Shown one piece after another: positions 50,617 through 60,345 of a DNA stretch of 64,000 bases. Numbering within the stretch: position 1 is the first letter of the stretch; every line of letters begins with the position of its first letter. A model generated the notes under the pieces. It did not search any database. It was not told where the DNA came from and saw only the letters and a list, made by a program, of their open reading frames with translations. The stretch is from Ilumatobacteraceae bacterium (GTDB taxonomy: Bacteria > Actinomycetota > Acidimicrobiia > Acidimicrobiales > Ilumatobacteraceae). Position numbers and translations under genes: made by a program. The stretch spans positions 221,927 to 285,926 of the forward strand of contig CAVZXO010000002.1 in NCBI GenBank assembly GCA_963779295.1, in the 5' to 3' direction.

Positions 50617-51794
50617 CCGAGGGCTTGTTCGAGGTCGGCGACGAGGTCGGCTGCGGACTCGATGCCGACGGAGAGTCGCAGCAGGTTGTCGGGTACTTCC
50701 AGTGGCGACCCGGCAGCGGAGGCGTGAGTCATCTGGCCGGGGTGTTCGATGAGGCTCTCGACTGCGCCGAGCGACTCGGCGAGCACGAACAACTTGGTTG
50801 CCGCGGCGACACGAAGCGCGGCCTTGAGTCCGCCGCGCATCGTGAAGCTGACCATGCCGCCGAAGTCGCGCATCTGCTTCGCCGCGGCGGCGTGGCCGGG
50901 ATGATCGGGCAGCTGCGGGTACAACACGCGCTCGACATCGGGATGCCCGACGAGTAGGTCGACGATCGAGCGGGCGTTTGCGCAGTGACGCTCCATCCGC
51001 ACGGCCAACGTCTTCACGCCGCGCAGCACCAGGTAGCAGTCGAACGGAGCCGGCACGGCGCCGGCCGCGTTCTGGGTGAACGTCAACCGTGCGGCCAAGT
51101 CGTCGTCGTCGAGCGCAAGGAACCCGCCGACCACGTCGCTGTGGCCACCGAGGTACTTGGTCGCCGAATGCACGACCACGTCGGCGCCGAGTGTCAGCGG
51201 TTGCTGCAGGAACGGGGTGGCGAACGTGTTGTCGACGCACACCAGTGCGCCGCGGCTGTGGGCGATCTCGCAGATCTTCTCGATGTCGAAGCAACGCAGC
51301 AGGGGATTGGTCGGCGTCTCCAGCCACACCAGCTTGGTGTCGTCCGGCCAGTCGGCAGCGAGCCGGTCGGTGTCGATCAGGTCGACGGCTGTCCACTTCA
51401 ACGAGGTGTGCACCTTCGAGATCAGCCGGAAGGTCCCGCCGTACGCATCGTTGCCCAGCAGCACCCGGTCGCCGGCGTTCAGCAGCCGCAGCACGTTGTC
51501 TTCGGCCGCCAATCCGCTGGCGAAGGCGAGACCGTGGCGACCGTCCTCCAACGAGGCGACGCATGTCTCCAGCGCGGCGCGAGTCGGATTGCCGCTGCGC
51601 GAGTATTCGAATCCTTTGTGCCCGCCGACGCCGTCTTGGGCGAATGTCGTGCTGAGCGAGATCGGTGTGACAACCGCGCCGGTGACCGGGTCTGGTTCCT
51701 GCCCGGTGTGCACCGCTCGGGTCTCGAAACCCCACGACGATTGTTCTTCGAACTCACCCACGTTTGCTACCCACGTTCTGGTCCGCGTTCTCAT
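50613..51794 (-). CDS. metB: Cystathionine gamma-lyase/gamma-synthase (Cys/Met PLP family)
   Basis: An intact 393-aa ORF with the PLP-lysine motif HSATKYLGGHSD. It overlaps the upstream cbs stop by 4 nt. Confidence 0.88.
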   Translation of the reverse strand: MRTRTRTWVANVGEFEEQSSWGFETRAVHTGQEPDPVTGAVVTPISLSTTFAQDGVGGHKGFEYSRSGNPTRAALETCVASLEDGRHGLAFASGLAAEDNVLRLLNAGDRVLLGNDAYGGTFRLISKVHTSLKWTAVDLIDTDRLAADWPDDTKLVWLETPTNPLLRCFDIEKICEIAHSRGALVCVDNTFATPFLQQPLTLGADVVVHSATKYLGGHSDVVGGFLALDDDDLAARLTFTQNAAGAVPAPFDCYLVLRGVKTLAVRMERHCANARSIVDLLVGHPDVERVLYPQLPDHPGHAAAAKQMRDFGGMVSFTMRGGLKAALRVAAATKLFVLAESLGAVESLIEHPGQMTHASAAGSPLEVPDNLLRLSVGIESAADLVADLEQALG

Positions 51795-53203
51795 CCATTG
51801 GCCACGACCTCGAAATAGGTCAACAGATCGGTGCGGGTCAGCACGCTCAACGGCCGACCGCCCGAGAGCACCAGCAGAGCCGGCGACTTGTCGAGCATCG
51901 ACACCGCCAACGCGACCTTCTGGCCGACACCGATGGTCGGCAGCTTCGGGCTCATCACTTTCTCGACCGCGGTGTCCATGATCGACGGGTCGCGGTAGAC
52001 CGACTCCATCAGGTCGAGTTCATCGACTGAGCCCGAGACCTCGGCGTTGGCGAACGGTGGCGTGTTCTTGCACACCGGCAACTGGCTGACTCCGTTGGCG
52101 CGCATCACCTCGATCGTCTGGCGAACGGTGTCGGACGGGTTGACGTACAACAGCGACGGTGTGTCGCCGCGGGTGTCGAGCACGGCAGCGATGCACTGGT
52201 CGCATTCCTGCACGAACCCGAAGTTGGCCATCCAGTCGTCGTCGAAGATTCGCGACAGGTACCCACGGCCGCTGTCGGGGTTCAGCACGACCACGATGTC
52301 GTCGGGATCGGCGCGCTTGGCGACCTTCAGTGCGGCGGCAACGGCCAGTCCGCCACTGCCTCCGATCAGGATGCCTTCCTCGCGACTGACCTGGCGCGCC
52401 GTGAGGAAGCTGGCGGCGTCGCTGACGGGGATGATCTCGTCGTACAGCGATGCTTCCCACGCCGCCGGGAAGAAGTCCTCGCCGACGCCCTCCACGAGGT
52501 ACGGCCGGCCGGAGCCGCCCGAGAACACCGACATCTCCGGGTCGGCGGCGATGATCTTGATGTCTGGGTTCTGGCTCTTCAGGTACCGAGCGGTGCCGGT
52601 GATGGTGCCGCACGTGCCTGCGCCGGCGACGAAATGGGTGATCCGCCCGCCGGTCTGACTCCACAGTTCGGGCCCGGTGGTCTTGTAGTGCGCCAGCGGA
52701 TTGTTGGGGTTGGCGTATTGGTTGGGGCGGAACGCGTTGCGTTCATTGGTGATCCGCTCGGCGACCTTGTAGTAGCTCTGCGGGTCCTCCGGCGGCACGG
52801 CCACCGGGCACACGATCACTTCGGCGCCGTAGCCGCGCAGCAGCTGGACCTTCTCGGCACCGTTCTTGTCGGTCATCACGAACACGCACTTGTAGCCGCG
52901 TTGCGCGGCGACGATGGCCAGACCGACGCCGGTGTTGCCACTGGTCGGCTCGACAATGGTGTCGCCTGGTTTCAGCAGCCCGTCACGTTCGGCAGCGAGG
53001 ATCATCTCCAACGCCGGCCGATCTTTCGACGACCCGCCGGGGTTGGTGGTCTCCATCTTCATCGCCAGTACGCAATTGATGCCGTGGATCTCGCTGGTGC
53101 GCTTGAGGCGAACCAACGGGGTGTTGCCGACCAGGTCGAGCACACTGTCGGCGATCGATGTGCCGTGCAACCTGGCGTCGGCGGACTCGTCACCCCAAGG
53201 CAT
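51791..53203 (-). CDS. cbs: Cystathionine beta-synthase (PLP domain plus tandem CBS domains)
   Basis: An intact 470-aa ORF with NPGGSSKDRPA (PLP lysine), GTGGT-like loops and a C-terminal CBS pair. Confidence 0.9.
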   Translation of the reverse strand: MPWGDESADARLHGTSIADSVLDLVGNTPLVRLKRTSEIHGINCVLAMKMETTNPGGSSKDRPALEMILAAERDGLLKPGDTIVEPTSGNTGVGLAIVAAQRGYKCVFVMTDKNGAEKVQLLRGYGAEVIVCPVAVPPEDPQSYYKVAERITNERNAFRPNQYANPNNPLAHYKTTGPELWSQTGGRITHFVAGAGTCGTITGTARYLKSQNPDIKIIAADPEMSVFSGGSGRPYLVEGVGEDFFPAAWEASLYDEIIPVSDAASFLTARQVSREEGILIGGSGGLAVAAALKVAKRADPDDIVVVLNPDSGRGYLSRIFDDDWMANFGFVQECDQCIAAVLDTRGDTPSLLYVNPSDTVRQTIEVMRANGVSQLPVCKNTPPFANAEVSGSVDELDLMESVYRDPSIMDTAVEKVMSPKLPTIGVGQKVALAVSMLDKSPALLVLSGGRPLSVLTRTDLLTYFEVVANG

Positions 53204-53286
53204 GCGCGCCAGCGTACCCCGGGCCCCAAAGACTTCGATCAGCCACCGCGTGTGGCGAGTTCACTCGGTCGAGACCCGGCGCCGGT

Positions 53287-54512
53287 TCACGCCGCACCCC
53301 GCCGCGGTGGGCCGGTGGTCATGATCTGGCCGTCGGGGAGTGTGATGGTCAGCTCGCGGTTCGGGCCGAGGGACGACGAGCCAGCCGTCGAGATGGATCT
53401 TCTGATGGTGGATCTCACACACCGGTAACAGATTCGCCAGGTCGGTGCGGCCGCCGTGTCGCCACCAGATCACGTGGTGCAACTTGGTGCGCGAGTAGCG
53501 GACACGACACCCCGGAACAGCACAGGACGTGTACAGGCCGCGTAGCGCTCGTCGTTGGGCGCGGTTGGCCAACCGTGTCTCGCGACCCAAGTCCAAGCAC
53601 CCCGGGGCGTCGATGACGACACCGTCGCCGACCGTGATCGTGTACACGCTCGCCGTCGGACGTAACTGTTCCAAGAACTCGTGAGGCAGATCGAGGCCCT
53701 CGACACCCCAATCCAACGACGGTCGACCGTCGGCGAGCGGGTTGGTGTGGTCCTCGACAACGACGATCTCTGGTCGCCCGGAGCGGGCACCCGCGACCGT
53801 CGAGCAGTCCCAACAACGCGTGAGCGCGTAGGAACGACTGTTTCTCCAACAGATCGGTCGGGCAACCCTCGGGGTGAGCGTCGTGGAACATCGCTTCGAC
53901 CTGCGCCTCGAGGCGGCCCTCCAACACAGCCCACGTCGCCGGGTCGAGCGTCACCGACCAGCGACCCATCCCGGTTTCCTTGTCGACCCACGACGCGCAA
54001 CCGCACCGCCCGCCGTTGACGCTCCAACCGCTCCAAGCCCGTCACTGTCAGCCTCCAACCGTCGCGCCGCGTCGCGGACGCGAGCGGGCGAACTCGTCCG
54101 GATGTCGCGTTCTCAGCGAGCATCACCAGACGCTCGCCCTGATCGCTCAACTTCGTCTGCGCTGCTGGTTCCAGGTTGCGAAACACCCGGGTCAACACAT
54201 CGACATGCTCACCCGACACCCGACCGTTCTCCAGCGACGTCGCGAACGCAGGCACAGCGGCAGCGGTCCCGGCACGCTCCAACAACCGGCCACCCTCACG
54301 CAGCGACATGCGGCCGGCCTCGGCCAACGACTTCTCCGGGAACGACGACACCTTCGCCAACAACCGGGCGAACGCCACCTCACGCCCCTCGACCCACGAC
54401 TTCAACCGACGCAAATCCGTCGACACCAGCCTTCAACACACCCAGAATCAGCACAGCCCGCATCAACCGCCGCCACCCGCCCAACCAGGCTCTGCACCAC
54501 CTCCGTCCTCAT
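53287..54512 (-). pseudogene. DUF222/HNH endonuclease (13E12-repeat-family-like), heavily frameshifted
   Basis: The HNH region CAVPGCRVRYSRTKLHHVIWWRHGGRTDLANLLPVCEIHHQKIH is in ORF 53261..53716. The DUF222-like N-terminal parts are spread over ORFs 53415.., 53470..54426 and a further upstream piece from ATG 54512. At least 4 frame changes are needed. The corrected C-terminus (LGPNRELTITLPDGQIMTTGPPRRGAA*) stops at 53287. Confidence 0.72.
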
Positions 54513-54544
54513 GTCCCCCACCCTCGCAGAGGGGTGTTGCACGG

Positions 54545-55630
54545 TTACCCGGTATCGACCGTCAGAACGATCTTTCCGACGTGTTGCTTCGTCAGAAACA
54601 GCTTCTGAGCTGCGACGATGTCGTTCAAAGAAAATGTTGCGGCGATGATCGGCCGGATCTCACCGCGCGAGATGTAGCCGACGAGGTTGCCGAAAATGTC
54701 CGCATCCAGGACGGTGCAACCCAGCAATGTCAGGTCATTGAGGTACAACGTCCGCAGGTCCAGTTCCACCCATGGTCCACCGATCGCGCCACTTGTTGCA
54801 TACCGGCCTCCTGGTCGCAAGATGCCGAGTAGTTGCGGCCACATCGCCCCGCCGACCACATCGATCACGACGTCGACCGATTTGCGCCCGACGAGCGCGC
54901 TCAGGTCGCCGTCGCGCGGCAGCATCACGTCGGCGCCCAGGGCTCGGACCTCGTCGTGTTTGGCCGGCGCGGCGATCGCGATCACTCGTGCCCCACGTCG
55001 CGCAGCGAGCTGAACGGCAGCCGAACCAACACCTCCCGATGCCCCTGTCACGACGACCGTTTCGCCGTCCACCACCGCAGCTCGCGACAGCATGTTCTCC
55101 GCTGCCGAGTACGAGCACGGGATCGAGGCAAGCTCGACGTCGGTCCAATCGCAGTCCACTCGCACGGCGTGTCGGGATGGCACGACCGTGTACTCGGCGA
55201 AGGCACCGTCGACCTCGGATCCGAAGTACACAGCACGCGTCAACGGATCGCCGGGGTCGCGGAATACCGGCTCGACGATGATCCGCTCTCCGATGCGACC
55301 TGCGTCGACGCCATCGCCGATCGACACGATTCGGCCGCACGCGTCGGCACCTTGAATTCGCGGGAACGTCGGCACCTCGCCGGCCCAACTCACATCTTGC
55401 CGTGTCGACACGGCCAAGTTGTCCGTCGAGCCAACAAGAACGTCGGGTGCGTACCACCCGATGCGCGTGTTGATGTCGGTGTTGTTCACGCCTGCTGCGG
55501 CGACCTTCACCAGAACCTGGCCGGGTCCCGGTGACGGCACCGCTACGTCGCTGCGCACGTCGAGTCGGTCGAAGCCTCCGTGTGCCCGCAGCAACACAGC
55601 GCGCATGGTCGGCGGCGGGACGAATTCCAC
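54545..55630 (-). CDS. Zinc-type alcohol dehydrogenase/quinone oxidoreductase (MDR superfamily)
   Basis: 361 aa with a GroES-like N-terminal domain and the Rossmann motif VVVTGASGGVGSAAVQLA. Confidence 0.85.
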   Translation of the reverse strand: MEFVPPPTMRAVLLRAHGGFDRLDVRSDVAVPSPGPGQVLVKVAAAGVNNTDINTRIGWYAPDVLVGSTDNLAVSTRQDVSWAGEVPTFPRIQGADACGRIVSIGDGVDAGRIGERIIVEPVFRDPGDPLTRAVYFGSEVDGAFAEYTVVPSRHAVRVDCDWTDVELASIPCSYSAAENMLSRAAVVDGETVVVTGASGGVGSAAVQLAARRGARVIAIAAPAKHDEVRALGADVMLPRDGDLSALVGRKSVDVVIDVVGGAMWPQLLGILRPGGRYATSGAIGGPWVELDLRTLYLNDLTLLGCTVLDADIFGNLVGYISRGEIRPIIAATFSLNDIVAAQKLFLTKQHVGKIVLTVDTG

Positions 55631-55691
55631 GCACCACAGCTATCACGTCGTGGACCGTGTCGGGTGTGATTCTCGGAGTGCTGCGGGTGGC

Positions 55692-56603
55692 ATGCTGGCC
55701 GAGATGACGGACACCAACGACACCTGGACCATCACTCCTATCACCGGCATCTTTGGCGCCGAGCTCGGCGGCGCGCGTGTTCGCGATGGCATCGACCCCG
55801 GCTGGCTGTCGGCGATGCTCGAGGATCACCGACTGCTGGTACTGCGCGACCAACATCTGACACACGGCGAGCAGGTGGAGTTGGCGCGTTCACTGGGCGA
55901 GCCAACCCTTGCGCATCCAGTGATCCCCGGCCATCCAGACTTTCCCGAGATCCTCGAACAGGATGGGGCGAAGGGTGGTCGCAATGCGCGCTGGCACACC
56001 GACGTCACCTTCGTCGCGACCCCACCCGCAGCATCGGTTTTGGTCAACGACGTGACCCCACTGGCGGGTGGCGACACGATGTTTGCCGACACCCGCACCG
56101 CATACGAGCGGCTCGCTGCACCGCTTCAGAAGTTGTGCGACGACCTCGAAGCGGTTCATCGAATTTCGCCACTCGCCTATTGGGGTGAGCCGTTCGACTC
56201 GGCGCTCAACCGGGCCGACGCGCAGCAACTGCTCGACGATGCCGCGAAGGTGCCGCCAGTGATCCATCCGGTCGTGCGTGTGCACCCGACGACGGGCCGG
56301 CCGAACCTGTTCGTCAATCCCGGCTTCACGTCGCACATCGTCGGGATGTCACGCATCGAGAGCGACGGACTCCTCGCCCTGCTGTACGAGCACATGACCC
56401 AGCCCGAGTTCGTGTTGCGTCATCGTTGGCGTGATGGCGACGTGGTGATCTGGGACAACAGAGCGACCATGCACTACGCGGTCGACGACTACGGCAGCAT
56501 CGAGCGGCGTGTGCGTCGGGTGACGATTCGAGGTGGACACCCTGTTGGCAAGTCTGGTGTGGAGAGTCGCGTTGTCGACGACCCGTTGATGACGATGCGC
56601 TGA
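55692..56603 (+). CDS. TauD/TfdA family Fe(II)/2-oxoglutarate dioxygenase
   Basis: The HxD facial-triad context (RWHTDVTF), a distal His (ATMHYAV) and an RRVTI motif. ATG 55692 lies within track ORF 55419... Confidence 0.85.
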   Translation: MLAEMTDTNDTWTITPITGIFGAELGGARVRDGIDPGWLSAMLEDHRLLVLRDQHLTHGEQVELARSLGEPTLAHPVIPGHPDFPEILEQDGAKGGRNARWHTDVTFVATPPAASVLVNDVTPLAGGDTMFADTRTAYERLAAPLQKLCDDLEAVHRISPLAYWGEPFDSALNRADAQQLLDDAAKVPPVIHPVVRVHPTTGRPNLFVNPGFTSHIVGMSRIESDGLLALLYEHMTQPEFVLRHRWRDGDVVIWDNRATMHYAVDDYGSIERRVRRVTIRGGHPVGKSGVESRVVDDPLMTMR

Positions 56604-56610
56604 CGCTCGC

Positions 56611-57324
56611 CTATTCGAACGCGCAGAACTCGTTGCCTTCGGGGTCGGCCATGATCCACCAGCGGATCTCGTCGTCCTTGGGTCGCAGCAGCGTCGCGCC
56701 GGCGGCGACGAGACCGTCGATGGTCGTGTCGACCAATCTCACATCCCAATGCACGCGGTTCTTCACGGTCTTCGGTTCGGGCACGCTGTGGAACACCCAG
56801 AACATGTATGGGAATCCGGCGGCGTTCTCGATCCAAACGAACGGCAGGCCGTCGCGGGTCCCGACTGTGCCGCCCGTTCGCTCCGCCCACCACGCGGCGA
56901 TGGCCGCAGGGTCGACCGCATCGACCACCAGCTCGAATGGACCGAGAGCGGTTGGCGCGGCTGGGTGCGGTGCGAATACGCACACCGGCACGCCATCGGG
57001 ATCGTTGAGAACATGCCAGTCGATGTCGTCGCCCTTGGCGCGCTCGACGGTTCCACCGGCGGCGAGCAGCGGTGCGGGATCGCCATCGACGACTCGAATG
57101 TCGATGTGGGCTCGGCTCTTTCCGGAGATTGTCTCCGGCACTTCGCAGAACCACACGACGCGGTTCTTGTCGCCGCCCGCAGGTGGATCGAGGCTGAACC
57201 CCTCGCCGTGGTGATCGTTGATCGGCTGCTCCAATGCCGCGCTCCAGAATGCGGCGACCGCTGCGGGTCGACCGTCACCTGCGGTCACATCGATGCACAG
57301 ATCCTTGAATGCAACATCGGGCAT
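56611..57324 (-). CDS. VOC (glyoxalase/bleomycin-resistance fold) family protein, two-module
   Basis: 237 aa with two similar halves, each ending in a ...DPDG/DPEGN.F motif typical of VOC modules. Confidence 0.7.
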   Translation of the reverse strand: MPDVAFKDLCIDVTAGDGRPAAVAAFWSAALEQPINDHHGEGFSLDPPAGGDKNRVVWFCEVPETISGKSRAHIDIRVVDGDPAPLLAAGGTVERAKGDDIDWHVLNDPDGVPVCVFAPHPAAPTALGPFELVVDAVDPAAIAAWWAERTGGTVGTRDGLPFVWIENAAGFPYMFWVFHSVPEPKTVKNRVHWDVRLVDTTIDGLVAAGATLLRPKDDEIRWWIMADPEGNEFCAFE

Positions 57325-57379
57325 GTGGGCGAGGGTAGCCGTTGACTCCGTCGACTTTCACGGGCAATACGGTGGTGCC

Positions 57380-57811
57380 GTGTCGTGGACGTGCCCGCAT
57401 TGTCAGCGCCAATTCGCCCGCAACCGGCAGGGCCACGAATGCGCGCCGGCGATGACATTGGAGGAGTACTTCAGCACGGGCCCGCCGTTCGAGCGACCCG
57501 TGTTCGATGCGGTGATGGCTCACCTTCGGACCTTGGGCGACCCGTTCCTGGAGCCCGTGTCGGTCGGCGTGTTCGTGAAGCGCGACGGCGTCACCGTGCT
57601 GCAACTGCGACCGATGACCAAATGGGTCGCGCTGGGCCTGTTCATGCCGCGCAAGGTGGTCGATCGCCGTATCTCGCGCAAGCCGATCTCGACCGGTCGT
57701 GTCGTGTACACCGTTGTCAACGTGCGCGGCCCCGAAGACGTCGACGACCTCGTGAAGGGCTGGGTCACCGAAGCATGGGAGGCGTCGAAGACGAGCGGAG
57801 GCTCGACGTAG
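57380..57811 (+). CDS. DUF5655-like protein with an N-terminal CxxC...HxC zinc-ribbon-like motif
   Basis: VSWTCPHCQRQFARNRQGHEC, then a region resembling DUF5655 (by recall). The start is uncertain (GTG 57380 or earlier in track ORF 57218..). Confidence 0.55.
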   Translation: MSWTCPHCQRQFARNRQGHECAPAMTLEEYFSTGPPFERPVFDAVMAHLRTLGDPFLEPVSVGVFVKRDGVTVLQLRPMTKWVALGLFMPRKVVDRRISRKPISTGRVVYTVVNVRGPEDVDDLVKGWVTEAWEASKTSGGST

Positions 57812-58152
57812 GAAATTTGCAGATCGCGTCCGCAGTTGCGGAAGAACGCCGTCGACGGATTCCCGGTCTTCGGATTGATCACCGTCGGGTTGCCCGTGCC
57901 CGCACTCTCGAACGTGGAACCGTCGGCCACATGCCAGAAACCGCACGGCCGGTCGGTCGCTGCGGCCACAGCGGCCGGGACGGTCGAGGCGACGGTCGGA
58001 GGGATGGTCGCGTGCGCTGCCGCCCAATCCGCCTCCGCCTTGGCTTCTTCGGCTTTGCGTTGGGGGGTCATGTGAGGCTCATGGAATTCGCAACCGGCGA
58101 TCAGAACCGCAGCGAGGACGAGTGGGACGAGGGGTAGTCGTAAGTGTTTCAT
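57520..58152 (-). CDS. Hypothetical lipoprotein with two-Cys module (3' end doubtful)
   Basis: MKHLRLPLVPLVLAAVLIAGC (lipobox), then CGFWHVADGSTFESAGTGNPTVINPKTGNPSTAFFRNCGRDLQISYV. The last ~290 nt of the ORF run antisense through the DUF5655 gene, so the true stop is probably upstream of 57520. Confidence 0.45.
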   Translation of the reverse strand: MKHLRLPLVPLVLAAVLIAGCEFHEPHMTPQRKAEEAKAEADWAAAHATIPPTVASTVPAAVAAATDRPCGFWHVADGSTFESAGTGNPTVINPKTGNPSTAFFRNCGRDLQISYVEPPLVFDASHASVTQPFTRSSTSSGPRTLTTVYTTRPVEIGLREIRRSTTLRGMNRPSATHLVIGRSCSTVTPSRFTNTPTDTGSRNGSPKVRR

Positions 58153-58197
58153 CACCCACAGAGATGAACGGCGACATGGTCTGAGCGGAAAATGTCA

Positions 58198-58938
58198 TTA
58201 CCCGCCGATGGTCTGGATCTCCTGGACGCCCATCTCGATCGCCGTCGTCGTGCGAAGGTCGCCGAGCTGGCCGGTAGCGCCGTTCGAGGCCCGCCACGAC
58301 ACGTCCCACACGATCGTCACCGACCCGTGGTAGCGCTGATCGGTCGTGCCGGTGACCTTCTCGACTGACGGATACGCGGGCGTCCACGAGCACCCGTCCT
58401 GCGCGGACTCCGTCGAGCCCCAGGGCTCGCAGGTGATGAGTGTGGTGTCGCCGGCAACCTGCGAGCCGGTGGCCCATTCGATGCTGGTGGGTTCAGCGGT
58501 GACGGTTGCCGACAACCCGGGAATGCTCGCGGTCGCGGTGATGGGCGGCGATGGAGTGATGCCGAGCCAAGTCTCGAAGTTGACGATCATCTTGTCGATC
58601 GGAGGTGAGAACGAGACCTCGGGATCCGGGACCAGTGATGCCATCTTCTGGTACGCGAACTGGGCGACGTCATCCGGAGTCTGGGGCCCGACATATACGA
58701 ACTGGTACTTGCCGTCACACGTGCGGACATAGACCGTCGCCGGCTCGCCCGTTGTCGGGTTGATCACGGTCGGATGAGGATCGTTGCCGCCCTCGAGCGT
58801 CGACCCATCGAACAGCGCCCAAGGAGTACAAGTCGAAGTCCCCGCCGGACGCCCAACCCCGCCATTCACCGCGCCGACAACCCACGTTGAAACCTGCGCT
58901 TGCTCCGCCGTCGCCGGGTTCGTCGCTCGCACCGCCAC
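58198..58938 (-). CDS. Hypothetical exported protein with two-Cys module
   Basis: A 246-aa ORF containing CTPWALFDGSTLEGGNDPHPTVINPTTGEPATVYVRTCDGKYQFVYV, followed by a Thr/Ser-rich beta-type region. The N-terminal limit is unclear because the frame stays open upstream without a start codon. Confidence 0.5.
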   Translation of the reverse strand: MAVRATNPATAEQAQVSTWVVGAVNGGVGRPAGTSTCTPWALFDGSTLEGGNDPHPTVINPTTGEPATVYVRTCDGKYQFVYVGPQTPDDVAQFAYQKMASLVPDPEVSFSPPIDKMIVNFETWLGITPSPPITATASIPGLSATVTAEPTSIEWATGSQVAGDTTLITCEPWGSTESAQDGCSWTPAYPSVEKVTGTTDQRYHGSVTIVWDVSWRASNGATGQLGDLRTTTAIEMGVQEIQTIGG

Positions 58939-59000
58939 CCAGTTCGCCGGCGCGAGCTGGTCGGCGATTGCTAGCGCAGACGATGCAGCACGATGAGTGA

Positions 59001-59748
59001 CTAGCGGCGGGCGGACACAGACTTCCCTCGCCCAGATGCTCGAGTCTCGCTGCTGCTGCCCGACTCTGCCAGCTGCCGTCCTCGAGGAACAGTCCGTACT
59101 CGTATCGCAGGCTCACGATCTGCGTCATTGACGACGGTCGGTAGTCCGTCCGGTCCGATCGGACCGAGGACGATGCCGGCGTCGAACACGCAGTAGATCG
59201 CCGTCGCCTCGGCTGCCGACTCGATGGTGATCGACTCGGCGACGAGGTACGAACCCGCGTCGATCGGTGCGAGAAGTACAGACCCTCGTTCGATCATCGC
59301 AGCTAGCGAGCTCGGTGAGAGTCGACGCGCGACGGCCCTGCGGCAGCTGTGAAGTCTCTGGGTCGCACGCAGCCGGGGCAGACTGCCGCAAAGTGTGATA
59401 GCCGTCGAAGTAGTCCTGGACGGCCTTCTTGATCAGGTCTTCTGTTGCGACTGTGGTTGTGGTGGCGGGCAGGGTCGTCGTCGGTGCGACGGTCGTCGAG
59501 GTGGAAGTCGACGGGGGAGTCGTCGCGGGGGCGGTCACGGCAGCAGCGGTCGTCACCTCAGCAGCAGACGTTGCCGGCGCGGAACTGTCGCTGCCGCTAC
59601 ATCCGCCAACCACGAGCGCGGCAAGACCCAAGGCAACCCAACTCTTCTTCGATTGCACCCATCGCCTCCAGTCCGCATTCGGGACCATACCGTCGCTACC
59701 TGCGGTTTCCGGGAGGCCATATGGCCCGCGACCGCGCCGGTCATTCAC
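59001..59748 (-). pseudogene. Hypothetical lipoprotein with Thr/Pro linker, frameshifted as assembled (at least twice)
   Basis: Signal and lipobox WVALGLAALVVGGCSG and a T/P/A-rich linker are in ORF 59125..59748. The continuation MIERGSVLLAPIDAGSYLVAESITIES.. is in ORF 59001..59297, and IVSLRYEYGLFLEDGSWQ is in a third frame. The 3' end is uncertain. Confidence 0.42.
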
Positions 59749-60151
59749 AGCGATACAGCGGGATCACGGAAATACTGAGCCATCGATCGGCGTGCATTTT
59801 GTGCGGCGTCGGATCACCGAGACAGGTGGTTCGCCCGGTCCCCGTATCGACATACCTGTACTGAGGTGCCGCTCCGCACACGCGCACGTAGACCGCCGAC
59901 GGTCCACGGGTCGCGTGCTTGAAGACCTTTGCTTGGACTCGGCCGTTGTTCGGACTCGTCGAATTCAGCGGCGACCAAGTCGCACAGAGCGGAGCGTCGG
60001 GCCGCAACGTGTGTATCCCAGATGTGGACGAACAGCCAAGCGTGCCGAAGCCGAGGAGCATTGCTGCCGCGGCGCCGAAGCCGACGAACCGTTTCAGCCG
60101 GTACACCCAGGGTCCCGGGGTGCCGGGCGGGCAGCTCACTCCGTGTCTCAT
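59741..60151 (-). CDS. Hypothetical small lipoprotein with two-Cys module
   Basis: Starts at ATG 60151. Lipobox FGAAAAMLLGFGTLGCSS, then CATWSPLNSTSPNNGRVQAKVFKHATRGPSAVYVRVCGAAPQYRYV. The upstream part of track ORF 59741..60712 is Arg-rich shadow sequence. Confidence 0.5.
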   Translation of the reverse strand: MRHGVSCPPGTPGPWVYRLKRFVGFGAAAAMLLGFGTLGCSSTSGIHTLRPDAPLCATWSPLNSTSPNNGRVQAKVFKHATRGPSAVYVRVCGAAPQYRYVDTGTGRTTCLGDPTPHKMHADRWLSISVIPLYRCE

Positions 60152-60345
60152 CACCGCATAGATGCACAACGACATCCCGATTGCGGAAGAACTCGCAGCG
60201 TTTGACGACTCCGGACCGTATGCGGGGCGGCAGCTCACAAACGCTGCACGACCGAGTGCGTTAGGAGCCGCACGCCCCTCTACGGGGCCTCCGGCTCCTA
60301 ACGCTGCGAGCCGGCAGCGCACTGCGCCGACGGCGCGACCACGCC

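Noticed and set aside
53287-54512. An active mobile element or prophage remnant around the HNH/DUF222 gene.
   Set aside because: No integrase, transposase, terminal repeats, tRNA or phage structural genes are present. Both flanks are ordinary metabolic genes. Only the decayed gene itself is reported.
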